In this document: one piece after another, positions 12,350-25,114 of the stretch
Position numbering within the stretch: position 1 is the stretch's first letter
How the letters are laid out: each line of letters begins with the position of its first letter
Origin: Octopus sinensis
Lineage: Eukaryota
DNA length: 64,000 nt
NCBI RefSeq assembly: GCF_006345805.1
Contig: NC_043002.1
Location: forward strand, 92,938,001 to 93,002,000
Direction of reading: 5' to 3'
Made by a program: the position numbers and the translations under genes
The notes under the pieces: model-generated
Told to the model about the DNA's origin: nothing
Databases searched by the model: none
What the model saw: the letters and a program-made list of their open reading frames with translations, nothing else

Positions 12350-12720
12350 CAGCAGTTACAACGATGGGGGTTCCAGTTGATCCGATCGACACAACAGCCT
12401 GCTCATGAAATTAATGTACAAGTGGCTGAGCATTCCACAGACATGCGTAACTTTAATGTAGTTCTCAGGTAGATTCAGTGTGACACAGAGTGTGACAAGG
12501 CCGGTCCTTTGAAATACAGGTAAAACAGAAACAGGAAGAAAGAATGAGAAAAAGTTGTGGTGAAAGAGTACAGCAGGGTTTGCCACCCCCCCCTGCCAGA
12601 GCCTCATGAAGCTTTAGATGTTTTTGCTCAATAAACACTTACAATGCCCGGTCTGGGAATCAAAACCGCGATCCTACGACCACGAGTCTGCTGCCCTAAC
12701 CACTGGGCCATTGCACCTCC
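12350..12720 (-). mobile_element. tRNA-derived SINE family B (CORE-like subfamilies)
   Basis: tRNA-like head (ggaggtgcaatggcccagtggttagggc...ttgattcccagaccgg). Related copies at ~12060-12320, 12810-13050, 20550-21220, 23480-23810, 23880-24600, 39330-39545 and 39635-39860. Confidence 0.8.
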
Positions 12721-13077
12721 AGATTTATATTATAATAAAAATTAAACACTACTGATAACCCACCATACTTTAGTGAGGTATACAAGTGTTGTAACACCTA
12801 CTTTACATAAGTGGAGGCACATGAGGCACATGTCTTAGAGTGTTGGACTCATGATGGTAAGATTATGGTTTTGATTCCTGGACTGGGCAATGTGTTGTGT
12901 TCTTGAACAAAACACTTCATTTCATGCTGCTCCAATTCACTCATCTAGCAAAAATGAGTAATCCTGTGACAGACCAGTGTCCCATCTAAGTGGGGTATTT
13001 ATATACCAGGGAAACCAGGAAACCGGTCCTTGTAAGTTGACATGACACAAAAAGGTAACTTTACCTTAGTTTACACA

Positions 13078-13480
13078 AATAAGGTGCATTCAAAAAGTAT
13101 CCAACCTTTGGGCATAAAAAAGCAATTTTGTATATTTCATAAATTTTATTTAATCACCTTCAAAATACTCCCCTTGGGAGTTCACACACTTCTCCCAGCA
13201 GGTCTATCATTGCTGGTAACACCTCTGGAATGTTATGGAGCTCCACTGTTTGCTTTTCTCATATAATTTCCTCTCATGACTCAAATCACTTCCCTTTCAA
13301 CATGTTTTTTTTCGGTTTGTTAAAAAGCCAGAAGTCACACGGTGCCAAGTCAGGAGAGTAGGGAGCCTATTGAACAAGTGGTGTGTTGTTCTTGACCAGG
13401 AAAACCTGGATTATGAGGTGTGTTCAAAAAGTATCCAACTTTATTTTTTTGCACCGACACTCTCTGCATGCACAAATCCT
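13078..13480 (-). mobile_element. Mariner transposon 3' remnant
   Basis: Minus strand gives APYSPDLAPCDFWLF and CWEKCVNSQGEYFEGD*. Two copies of the terminal ggtg(t/c)(g/a)ttcaaaaagtatccaac. Confidence 0.8.
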
Positions 13481-14214
13481 CCTCCCCAAGTCGAGAGATA
13501 AGTACCAGTCAAACAGTGGAGTTGGTTTAAGTGACTAGACACATTCTATCCATCTTCTACATCCACTATTCCTGGAAGGAACATGGGAGTAGAATCCTCA
13601 GGTACCTCCTCCACAGACTCCTATGAGAAGCAACCATCATTAGAGTTTTCAGCTGGATTCCCAAGCATGACCAACTGAGACTGGACATTATCCTACCATC
13701 TCATTCTTGGTCTACCCCCAGGTCTCCCAGTTGGCTTGGTTCAAAGAATCCATCTTGCAATTTTCTGCAACTTTCTAATCAAATGTCCATAGTCCCATAG
13801 CTGTCATATTTCAATGGTAAAAATTAATATTGATTTATGGTCAGTTGATAGAGCAATTTATGTAAGTAATTAAAAAGTTTTGCTATTCAAATGATAAAAG
13901 TTCAATTAACTTAAATCCCTAATTATAAAGGGAAAGGTTTATCAATGCTGCACATTACCACAGTATTGGCCCCTAAAATACACAGCCTTTGTCATTATGT
14001 AAAAAAAAAAATATTACATAGACCCATGGTGAAGTTCTGGATAGGTGAATCGACATTGTATTTGATCCTGGAATGGTGAAAGTCAAGCTTGACACCAACA
14101 TGATTTGAACTCAGAAACTTACAGACTACAAATAAGTTCAGTTTTATTAATCTCAGAAGGTAACGATGACTTAGGTGATATTTGAACTCAGTTTATAAAG
14201 TAACATAAAGTTAA

Positions 14215-14420
14215 TCCAAACATGAAAACGCGAGGACGTGGAACAAGTATAGTGTTATTGGATGCTCAGGAAGGAAAGAAAGAAGGAGGATTTAACGTTT
14301 CGAGCAGAGCTCTTCATCAGAAACATAGGAAAAGGAAAGATCCAAGGAAGGGAAAACGGAGGAAAAAAAATCGCCAACGGTACACACGCGGTCAGATATT
14401 GAATCCAATCACATATTGCA
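14215..14420 (-). mobile_element. Penelope-like terminal-repeat fragment
   Basis: CpG-retaining island carrying a minimal hammerhead core, the hallmark of Penelope-like pseudo-LTRs. Boundaries approximate. Confidence 0.55.
14290..14324 (-). ncRNA. Minimal type I hammerhead ribozyme
   Basis: Minus strand reads GUUU-CUGAUGA-A-GAGC(UCU)GCUC-GAAA-CG-UU^AAAU. Intact core, 4-bp stem II, palindromic AACGUU in place of stem III, 4-bp stem I. Confidence 0.72.
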
Positions 14421-14584
14421 TTAAGTAACATAACTATATAACACAAAGTATTTAATTAGCTACTCTACAAATTCTACCATTCACTGGCCTGTATTATTCT
14501 AACTGGAATTTATCTCTGTACTGTCATACTGGCAACATTCATTACCGAGTTTGAAATATTGGTGATGTTAAATGTTTTACTTAC

Positions 14585-14686
14585 AATTGGAGAGTAAAAG
14601 GTGCTGACAGGATGGAAAACTTTTCCACTTCAAAATCTACTCCAATGGTAGCTTTATAATCTCGGTCAAATATATTATGACAGAAC
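14585..14686 (-). CDS. RAB34: RAB34/36 coding exon 4 (FCHNIFDRDYKATIGVDFEVEKFSILSAPFTLQ)
   Basis: ttcctgcag acceptor, gtaagt donor, 102 nt, phase 2/2. Contains switch I YKATIGVDF. Confidence 0.97.
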
Positions 14687-15089
14687 CTGCAGGAAGAACA
14701 GAAACAAGTTATTGAAACACCTGTTTAATGTTAATTTTTTTCTTAAACAGAACAAAAGTTAATGTGATTCAGGTAAAACAATTTTACCCACTACCACCAG
14801 CACCGGGGGCAGAATGACAGTATACTGAAGAAAAGTTACCCAGAAAACTATTTGGTTGTTATGTTCACACAACAGGTAAACTATGGAGAATGACAGAATT
14901 AGAATTTAACATCTTCCATAATAGAACACCTGTAGCAAATATGAATGAACTCATAATCCATGAGAAAGCAGTACAACACTTTAATCACTCAACCATTTTA
15001 TTTCCACAAAGAAACACTACATACAAAATAAATGGCATTTCCTGAATAATATTATGTAGGAAACTGGTGAGAATAAATGATAATTTCTG

Positions 15090-15127
<38 letters not shown>

Positions 15128-15840
15128 TCGTTTAACGTCCACCTTTCATGCTAGCATTTATTATTATCATCATTATCATTATTATTAGATTATTTTTCTT
15201 TTTCTGTGCTGTAACTCGTCCTTCGATATTGTCCTCCATACCTTGGGCCCTTGAGGTCAATAAAACAAATCATCATCATCATCATTATTATTAAGGCAGT
15301 GAGCTGGCAAAATCTTGAGCACACTGGATGAAATACTTAGAAGTTTTTCATCAGTCGTTACATTCTGAGTTCAAATTCTGCCGGGGTTGTCTTTGCATTT
15401 CATCCTTTTGGAGTCAATAAATTGAGTACCAATGAAACACTGGGGCCAATAACTGACTAGTCCCCTCCCGCAAAATTTTAGGCCTTGTACCTTTAGTAAA
15501 AAGGATTATTGTTATTAGTTATCATTATCATCATCATCATTATTATTATTCCCCGTGCCGGTGGCACGTAAAAACATCATCCGTTCGTGGCCGTTTGCCA
15601 GCTCTGTCTGGCACCTGTGCAGGTGGCACGTAAAAAGCACCCACTACACTCACGGAGTGGTTGGCGTTAGGAAGGGCATCCAGCCGTAGAAACACTGCCA
15701 AATCTGACTGGGCCTGATGAAGCCTTCTGGCTTCACAGACCCCAGTTAAACTGTCCAACCCATGCTAGCATGGAAAACGGACGCTAAAAGATGATGATGA
15801 TGATGATGATTATTACATCTGAAGTAATGACGAAAACAAG

Positions 15841-15875
<35 letters not shown>

Positions 15876-16205
15876 TATTATTATTATTATTCAAGTTGAC
15901 TCAGGTTTCTTCTTATTCCTCATAGAAGTTATGTAGGTAACGGGTTACTACCTGTAGCCTTAGATATCCACAAATTTTCAGTAATTTTATGAAGAGCTGA
16001 TAGAACCATTAGCAGGCCACGCAAAATGCTAAGTGGCACTTCATCCATCTTTACGTCCAGAGTTCAAATTCTGTCATGGTTGACTTTACCTTCCAGGATT
16101 GATAAAACAAGTACCAGTTGAATACTGGGGTCAATGTAATCAACTCGCCCACTTGCCTGAAATTTCTAGCTTTGTGCCAAAAATATTATTATTATTATTA
16201 TTATT

Positions 16206-16760
16206 GAGTGAGAGCAGTGTATGCCATCAGAGTGACACTGGGGTAAAATATACGAAGCCCAGTATACTCATCATGACTACCCGTTTGATAAGGGTACACT
16301 AGGCACATGCATCACAATCATATGTGTGCGACATAGTGATCGCATATCAAGATAAACAGCACATGACCTTGCAGGTGGGGCCCAGTTAGAATTTTCTTTA
16401 GGTCGAGTAGCCCATCCTGCTCAAAAGGTCCCTGAATAAGGGTTGTTTAAGGATGATGAACGAAACACCCATGTTTCTAAAGGTGAATTATCTAAACCCC
16501 AAATAATTTCTCTCGACACATGACTAGGATGCTCCCCCACTACTTCTGCTCATGATCAGAGATGCACATATCGTCGGCCAATAAGGGACATGCTCAACTG
16601 GTTAAGGTCAAGCAACTGACAGGCAAATCTGTGGTATTGAGCAGAATATTTGCTGTAGCCCATCTTTTACACCAAGACAAAACAATGTACATGATAACAC
16701 TTCCAACCAGTTAAGATGAGAAGACATGAAAGCCACTGCCTGGTACTGCATCAGGGCATT
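16206..16760. mobile_element. Family I repeat, intact
   Basis: (ATT)n on both sides. A partial copy lies at ~31190-31330. Confidence 0.85.
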
Positions 16761-16819
16761 TATTATTGTTGTTGTTGTTGTTGTTATTATTAATATTATT
16801 ATTTTACTTCTCAGAACAT

Positions 16820-17447
16820 TTAGTCTTGTTTGTTCAGGTAGATTCTGAGAGCATACAGCAGCCTGCTGTCAGAGGTCTCAAGATTGCTGACCTCTGGGTT
16901 TATGTCAAACAGCTGCTCTCATGTGTGGGATGGATCCAGCTATCAGCTGAATCCATAGTGAAGATTGTGCCACTGCCCTCCTTTGGCCAGGAGGGGCTGG
17001 CTGTTTTTATTTGTCTGGTGGATGTAGCGAAAGAGGTAGTATGGTGGACATGTCTGAAAGGGCTAAAGTCAGACACTTTCCTCTTTGGCCAAGCCCTCAT
17101 CAACTTTTTCAAGTTCAGGGTGGAGAGGGAAGTGTTGCCTTGTAGCAAGTTTATTGAAAGGTGGGTGAATGTTGGAAGAATGGCCAGTGTGAAAGGACCA
17201 ATTCTGAGTGTACACATGTAAAAAAAAAGAATTAAAGGAGAAGGGCTCTGCCCTATCAATCAGGCATTTGTGGCTTTTGTGGGTTTTTCCACAAGGACCT
17301 TTAAAGCACCTCCCCTTTTGGGAGTTTTACATATTGTTTACATGCCGTAAAATCCATTGAATCATCCCGTTTTTGTCTTTTATGTTGTTGCATGCCTTTT
17401 AATATTTTGTATGTGAGCCCTTGTGGCTAATAAAAGAATGAATTATT
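16820..17447 (+). mobile_element. Tx1/L1-clade LINE 3' fragment (ORF2 C-terminus plus 3' UTR)
   Basis: ORF 16766-17221 (IADLWVYVKQLLS...AKEVVWW...FIERWVNVGRM) resembles Tx1-type ORF2 tails. The 3' UTR ends gtggctaataaaagaa then (ATT)n. Confidence 0.6.
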
Positions 17448-18071
17448 ATTATTAATATTATTATTATTATTGCTTCAGAAATAAAGGTGGTAAGTTGGCA
17501 GATTTCTTAGTGCCTTTGACAAAAAATGCTTAGGGACATTTGAACTGAACTCAGCTCTTTATGTTCTGAGTTCAAATATCACTAAGGTCAACTTTGCATT
17601 TCATCTTTCAGGGTTGATAAAAATAAGTGCCAGTCAAGTACTGGCGTCAATGTAAACATGTAATTGATTTGTCCCCTCCAACTCTCAAAATTACTGGCTT
17701 TGTGTCAAAATTGGAAAGAATTATTACTTCTGAAGAAGAAATTCCATTCATGGGTTAGAATAAAATAATACAGATAAAACAAGCCATCAGTATTGATCAG
17801 TATTAATGTTTTGTTTTGTTCTTTCTTCTGAGATGATTTATTTAAAAGGAGAAAAGACAGAACCCTTCAATCTTTTATAGGGTCTCCAACAATGGTAGAG
17901 GAAAGTTAGGAAGTAATTCTCAGACCAGAGACTCGGCCAGAATGCTTGCAGCAGACTGGACTCTGTTGAAGACCCCTAAGGGCCAGGTGATGGTGTTAAA
18001 CCAAGAGACTAATTATGTCTGCCACCCAACAACAGGATTTGTCCCACTGACAAGGGACCATCCATGATGAT

Positions 18072-18464
18072 TACTCTCTTTACTCTTTTACTTGTTTCAG
18101 CCATTTGACTGCGGCCATGCTGGGGCACCGCCTTTAGTCGAGCAAATCGACCCCGGGACTTATTCTTTGTAAGCCCAGTACTTATTCTATCGGTCTCTTT
18201 TGCTGAACCGCTAAGTGACGGGGACGTAAACACACCAGCATCGGTTGTCAAGCAATGCTAGGGGGACAAACACACACACATACACATATATACATATATA
18301 CGACAGGCTTCTTTCAGTTTCCGTCTACCAAATCCACTCACAAGGCATTGGTTGGCCCGGGGCTATAGCAGAAGACACTTGCCCAAGATGCCACGCAGTG
18401 GGACCGAACCCGGAACCATGTGGTTGGTTAGCAAGCTACTTACCACACAGCCACTCCTGCGCCT
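18072..18464 (-). mobile_element. SINE family A
   Basis: Full-length; head-to-head with the copy at 18705. Confidence 0.9.
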
Positions 18465-18704
18465 ATTCCGTCCACCATATTTCAATCACAAAATATTGGT
18501 CAACTAGTAACTATGGTAACAGACACTTGCCCAAGTAGTCACGCAGTGAGAGTGGGTCACAGAATCAACAGACTGTTTAACCTTTTAACATTTACACCAG
18601 CCACAGCCAGCCTAAATATTCTACCTGTTTTATGTTAAAACTGGCCAGATACAGCATCTCACACTTAGAGCATACAATTAACATTCTAAAAATAAACAGT
18701 CAGG

Positions 18705-19114
18705 AGGCGCAGGAGTGGCTGTGTGGTAAGTAGCTTGTTTACCAACCACATGGTTACGGGTTCAGTCCCACTGCGTGGCATCTTGGGCAAGTGTCTTCTA
18801 CTATAGCCTCGGGCCGACCAAAGCCTTGTGCTTGGATTTGGTAGACGGAAACTGAAAGAAGCCCGTCGTGTATATGCATATATATATATATGCGTGTGTG
18901 TGTTTGTGTGTCTGTGTTTGTCCCCCTAGCATTGCTTGACAACCGATGCTGGTGTGTTTATGTCCCCGTTACTTAGCGGTTCGGCAAAAGAGACCGATAG
19001 AATAAGTACTGGGCTTACAAAAGAATAAGTCCCAGGGTCGAGTTGCTCGATTAAAGGCGGTGCTCCAGCACGGCCGCAGTCAAATGACTGAAACAAGTAA
19101 AAGAGTAAAAGAGT
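18705..19114 (+). mobile_element. SINE family A
   Basis: Full-length; a 3'-half copy follows at ~19250-19475. Confidence 0.9.
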
Positions 19115-19217
19115 CATACCATCAAAATCTTGAAGCTACAAGACAACGTATAATTAATTCAAAACGATGTGAATAAATAAGCATTACATTTGAAGGATTA
19201 ATGCCATAACTCAGGGA

Positions 19218-19248
<31 letters not shown>

Positions 19249-20598
19249 AGTGTGTGTGTATATGTTTGTGTGTCTGTGTTTGTCCCCTATCATTGCTTGA
19301 CAACCGATGCCGGTGTGTTTACGTCCCCGTCACTTAGCGGTTCCGCAAAAGAGACCGATAGAATAAGTACTGGGCTTACAAAGAATAAGTCCCAGGGTCG
19401 ATTTGCTCGACTAAAGGCGGTGCTCCAGCATGGCCGCAGTCAAATGACTGAAACAAGTAAAAGAGTAAAAGAGAGAGAAGAGTATATATGAAAAACGATA
19501 GTTCAGTTTACTGTTAACATATTTAATGAAGAGAATATTAAGAAGCTAATTAGAAATAATTATGCAATGATGAAATAATTAAAACAATATTAGTTATTGA
19601 TTAATATTGATTATTTTCCTTCTCTGCATAATTACTTCTTATTAACTTTTTAATTGCTTCCTTCATTGAACTGGTTAACACTAACGTAAGTATTGTTTAA
19701 AGGCAATGACTGAGAGATCGTTATTGCTAATGAGATATCTCAAGAAATCAGATCATAGTTCTAAATGTTGACTTTATGTTTTGTTTTTCAGTAGCTTTTT
19801 TTTTTTCATTTATTTATTGTTTGTTTTTTTTCAATATTGACAAGAAATGGATTGATCTAAAAATCAAAAATCACCAACAACAAACTTGAAACCTTTCTAT
19901 TTCATAATCCACTTTCATAATCCATATCACCTTTAGCCTTTCTTCTTCTTTCATCAATCAATTCTAATTTAATACGCAGAGGTTCTAGTTGTCACAGTTC
20001 CACATGCCATGGGAAAGATAATGAAAGTGACAAAGTTAAGTAGAATTTTTTAAAATGTGATTTTATATAGAGGCACAAATTTCTCTAAGTATATGTTATC
20101 TCAAAAATAATTTATGCTGCATTTCATTCATTTAATATCAACAGAACTTTAAAATACCTCAATCAATTTGCCATAAGCCGAAGCCAGTGCCGCCTCGACT
20201 GGCTTCCGTGCAGGTGGCACGTAAAATGCACCAATCCGGCTGTGGCCGATGCCAGCCTCGCCTGGCACCAGTGCAGGTGGCACGTAAAAAGCACCCACTA
20301 CACTCACGGAGTGGTTGGCGTTAGGAAGGGCATCCAGCTGTAGAAACATTGCCAGATAAGACCGGAGCCTGGTGCAGCCTTCTGGCTTCCCAGATCCCCG
20401 GTCGAACTGTCCAACCCATGCTAGCATGGAGAGCGGACGTTTAACGATGATGATGATGATAATGAAGTATCTGAAACGAGATACATACAATGAGAGACCT
20501 TCTATAAGCAAGCTGAATTGTCTAGCTTCAGTGAACTGTAACTAACTGACACTCCATCGGGTATGACGACGAGGGACAGCCTGCTCATGAAATTAACT

Positions 20599-20995
20599 GG
20601 ATCTTTTCGGTTTGAACGGCAGTTTTTAACATAATTTCTAGGTAACTAAAAAATTTTAAACTTCGTATACTGGTAGAATGTGTTTATAAAACAGCTTTTT
20701 CTCTTGGCTTTATCGAGAAAATTCTATGGTTTGTAAGATATTTGTTGTTCTTTTTATGCAATTTCAACCAATCAAATACGTCTATTGAGGTAAAAAAACA
20801 TTCTGTGCCATATGAATATGTCCCTCGTTTAAGAAACAGATTGGGTTTACTTACATTTGTGAAGAAAAAAAGATACCCTTCCTCCCACCCCTAAAACAGA
20901 TAGAAATGCAATAGATCGATACTAGGGTCATAATTATGGGTGACAATTTCATATGACACCACTAGAAAAAACTGCCGTTCAAACTGAAAAGATCC
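20599..20995. mobile_element. MITE family G inserted in a SINE B
   Basis: TIR GGATCTTTTCGGTTTGAACGGCAG; aattaac duplicated at the flanks. Confidence 0.9.
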
Positions 20996-21293
20996 AATTA
21001 ACATGCAAGTGGCTGAACACTCAACAAACATGTGCACCCTTAACATAATTTTCAGTGTGACGAGGCTGGCCCTTTGAAATACAGGAACAACTCATTTTTG
21101 CCAGCTGACTGGACTGGAGCATTGTGAAATAAAGTGTCTAGCTCAAGGTCACAACATGCCACCAGGATTGAACTCGTGACCTTACGATCATGAGCCAAAT
21201 ACCCTAACCACACACCTTCACAAACTGTAAAGATATTGCAACTAATGGGGCACCTACTACAAACACAGAGGGAACCAGACTTTAACTCTTTAA

Positions 21294-21513
21294 CCCTTTC
21301 ATTACTGTATTTATTTTGAGGTGTTCTGTATTTCTTTCAATTACTTTAAATATAACAAAGAATTTAGTAAAATAACTTAGTTATCATTCAGCTAGTATTA
21401 AGAACATAAATTGTGACTAAGGTTTGGTGGAAGATTTTAATTCAAAATTTATGAAAACAAGACATTTGTACTCAGAGCCAGAGCCGGTTTCAGCCGGGTT
21501 GGTAACGAAAGGG
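21294..21513. mobile_element. piggyBac-type MITE family E (opposite orientation)
   Basis: TTAA TSD and CCCTTTC terminal inverted repeats (TIRs). Confidence 0.9.
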
Positions 21514-22264
21514 TTAATAACAGTTCAAGACTGCCCTAGTTCTCTGGTGCAAATTTCTTGCTTTAAAACGATCTAAATTAGTATTTTCCCTAAAAATTTC
21601 ATGCTAATTTATGTTCCAAACATTTGTTTAAAAATGAAAGAGTTATTTTACTATATTCTTCATGATTTTTTCAACTCAACTGAAACAAAGAGGTGTATTT
21701 CAAGAAAAATATGGTAACAAAAGGGTTTAAATATGGCTGTTATTAATAAAGCAGAACTATGAGCAAAGGCATTCCAGCTGTGACCAGCCCATTTTTTCTA
21801 CTCAGACATAATATATCTAAGACTGCATTATCAAATGTGTCCTTTTTCTTTAACACAGTGAGGTATTATTTGAGGGAGATTTGGCTACTATTTCAAATGA
21901 GAGTGACCTAGTAAAATATCCTTCGTTGATGTGTGACTGCTATGTGTTTAAATTAAATTACTTACAGAAATATAGAATATTCATAAAGTTGTGGCTGATG
22001 CCGGTGCCGCATGACTGGCACCTGTGCTGGTGGCACCTGTGCTGGTAGCACATAAAAGCACCCATGCTAGTGGCACATTAAAAGGACCCATTACACTCAT
22101 GGAGTGGTTAGTGTTAGGAAGGGCATCCAGGTGTAGAAACCATGCCAAACCAGACTGGAACCAGCTTGCTAGTTCCAGTCAAACCATTCTAACCCATACC
22201 AGCATGGAAAGCAAACACTAAATAATGATGATGATGATTGTGGATAATGTGGTATAGATAGAAA

Positions 22265-22610
22265 CTGTGTTGCAGTGTATTTGTGATGGATGGAAGCACT
22301 CCGTCGGTTACGACGATGAGGGTTCCGGTTGATCCGACCAACGGAACAGCCTGCTCGTGAAATTAACGTGTAAGTGGCTGAGCACTCCACAGACACGTGT
22401 ACCCTTAACGTAGTTCTCAGGGATATTCAGCGTGACACAGAGAGTGACAAGGCCGGCCCTTTGAAATACAGGTACAACAGACACAGGAAGTACGAGTGAG
22501 AGAAAGTTGTGGTGAAAGAGTACAGCAGGGATCACCACCATGCCCTGCCGGAGCCTCGTGGAGCTTTAGGTGTTTTCGCTCAATAAACACTCACAACGCC
22601 CGGTCTGGTA
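22265..22610 (-). mobile_element. SINE family B, head truncated
   Basis: High similarity to 12350-12720 with CpGs retained. Confidence 0.8.
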
Positions 22611-23231
22611 TTTGTGATACTGTTTAAATAAAGGGTCTTTATAACAAGATCATAAAAATAGTGTAAAGGTGTATCTGTGACACTGTCTTTAAATGTATGA
22701 CACCTCGATCATAAACAGAGTCATACATGAGAAAGAAAGTATTAATGACACAGTCTATGACCGTGCTCTGCATGATTACAGGCTGCCCTTTGGCAAGGCA
22801 TAGCATCTGTTCAGCTACCCTGCCAGGGATACAGCAAAGTCATGGGAGTTGTGTAAGAAGTGGCTTGTGAAGAGGTAGCAGAAGATCACAACTAAGCCAA
22901 CAGTGCTTCTTACGTTGATGCTAAGTGGAAGAATCCTAGAGGATCAATGGTCAGGATGACCAAGTTCTACCAAGAGAGTAACTGCAACGCATCCATAAGG
23001 TGGGCATCAATGGTTGTGTAATCAGCTAATGAAAGATTCACTATGACTCAAGCTCCTGATTCAAATTCATAAAAATGGAATTGGATGGTAACAGAGAGTC
23101 ATGGGAGTCCATGAAAGCAGTGAAAAGAAATATATTATCATTACCTTCTTTACAAACAACTAGGTCATAGATTAAAGCATAATACAGACATACTCTAAAT
23201 ATATAACTTTACTTATAAATGAGGTCATGTA

Positions 23232-23448
23232 CAAGGCGGTACTGAAAAGTTCCTGGCTTAAGGGATAATGCAACAAGTATGGTTGAATGCCCAACTTTCT
23301 GAGTTCTTTTACAGGGCTTAGAAAAACTGAACGACCATTGCAATAAGTGTGTGAATCTGAGACAGGATTATGTTGAATAACATCATAATTAACTGATCCT
23401 CCTGTATTTTCTTTTACTCAAAGCCAGGAACTTTTCACCACTCCCTCA
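23232..23448. mobile_element. Mariner-type MITE
   Basis: TIRs gaaaagttcctggctt / aagccaggaacttttc; TA at the left end. Confidence 0.75.
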
Positions 23449-24135
23449 AAAGATTAGGTAAAGTGTATTTGTGATACAAGATCATTTGGCACTCTTTCGG
23501 TTACAACGATGAAGGTTCCAGTTGATCCAATCAACAGAACAGCCCACTCATAAAATTAACATGCATGTGGCCAAGCACTCCACAGACACATGTACCCTTA
23601 ACATAGTTCTCAGGGAGATTCAGCGGTATGACACAGATGTGACAAGGTTGGCCCTTTGAAATACAGGTACTACTCATTTTTGCCAGCTGAGTGGACTGGA
23701 GCAATGTGAAATAAAGTGTTTTGCTCAAGGACACAACATGTTGCCGAGAACTGAACTCACAACCTTGTGATCATGAGCCGACTACCCTAACCACTAAACC
23801 ACACTGCGAAAAAATAATAATGATACAGTCTATATATATATGGCCATGGTCATAGATAGGATGAAGCATATTACAGTCGTCACTGTATCAACCAGACTAT
23901 CAGATATTGTAATACACCGCTGGTCACAATGTGCTTCCTCACAATGTTGTAGCTTGCAAATGGTGCAACCCAGCTGGCTATGTGGGCAGGCCAATATTTC
24001 CCCTAAATGGAATGCCAGTCTGTCACAGGGTACCCTATCTATAGCTGGGTGAACTGGAGCAACATAAAATGATTATACTCAAGAACACAACACACCACCA
24101 GTCTGGGGATGGAAACTGTGGTCTTGCAATTGTGA

Positions 24136-24551
24136 GGATCTTTTCGGTTTGAACGGCAGTTTTTTTCTAGCGGTGTCATTTGAAATTGTCACCCATAATT
24201 ATGACCCTAGTATCGATCTATTGCATTTCAATCTGTTTTAGGGTTAGGGTTAGGGGTGGGGGAAGGTATCTTTTTTTCTTCACAAATGTATATAAACCCA
24301 ATCTGTTTCTTAAACGAGGGACATATTCATACGGCACAGAATGTTTTTTACCTCAATGGACGTCAGTGATTGGTTGAAATTGCAGAAATTGAAGAAAAAA
24401 CAACAACCAATATCTTACAAACTATAGAATTTTCTCAATAAAGCCAAGAGAAAAAGATGTTTTATAAACACATTCTACCAGTATACGAAGTTTAAAATTT
24501 TTAGTTACCTAGAAATTATGTTAAAAACTACCGTTCAAACCGAAAAGATCC
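24136..24551. mobile_element. MITE family G (Mutator- or Merlin-type)
   Basis: Intact TIRs, perfect 9-bp TSD caattgtga, (TTAGGG)3 inside. Confidence 0.92.
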
Positions 24552-25048
24552 CAATTGTGAATACAACATCCCTAACCACAAAGCTACATGCCTTCATTAT
24601 TACAGACACATACTCTAAGTATATGACCTTGTCTATAAACAAGGTCATATAAGTATTAGTAAAGTACGTTTGCTACACAAGGTCACATAAATGGTGATAA
24701 GACATGAATGACCTTGTTCATAAGCATGGTCATATAAACAGCAATAAAGTACAGTGTCCATAAATTACCTTTACAATTTCAAAAATTCAGAGAAAAAAAT
24801 GAAAAATAAGGATAACTAAGCATAGTTTATTGGCAAACAAACCTTTATTAGAAACATCAGAACACTTCCACATGAGTCCTATTGGTTGCATGCAAAACAT
24901 ATAGATGACACAATATAATAAATTGTGGAAGTAGTAAAGATAATTTACGAACACCTTGTATGTTACTGACACACACTGAATCTATCTATGACCTTGAGCA
25001 AGGTCATAGACTGATTTATAAAAAAAAATAAATAAAATACCAACCTAC

Positions 25049-25114
25049 CTATTCACCATACTTGTTTTACCAATTGAAATATCTCCAACAATCACAGCTT
25101 TTGAGATGCGAAGG
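25049..25114 (-). CDS. RAB34: RAB34/36 coding exon 3, P-loop (LRISKAVIVGDISIGKTSMVN)
   Basis: 66 nt, phase 2/2, donor gtaggt. Contains the G1 motif GDISIGKT. Confidence 0.95.

Noticed and set aside
12640-12720. tRNA-like cloverleaf heads here and at ~31570-31650 and ~37500-37585
   Set aside because: They continue into SINE bodies and lack a proper acceptor stem and terminator, so they are not tRNA genes.
15714-15740. CTGATGA followed by a 4-bp stem
   Set aside because: No GAAA follows; it is a point variant inside SINE D.
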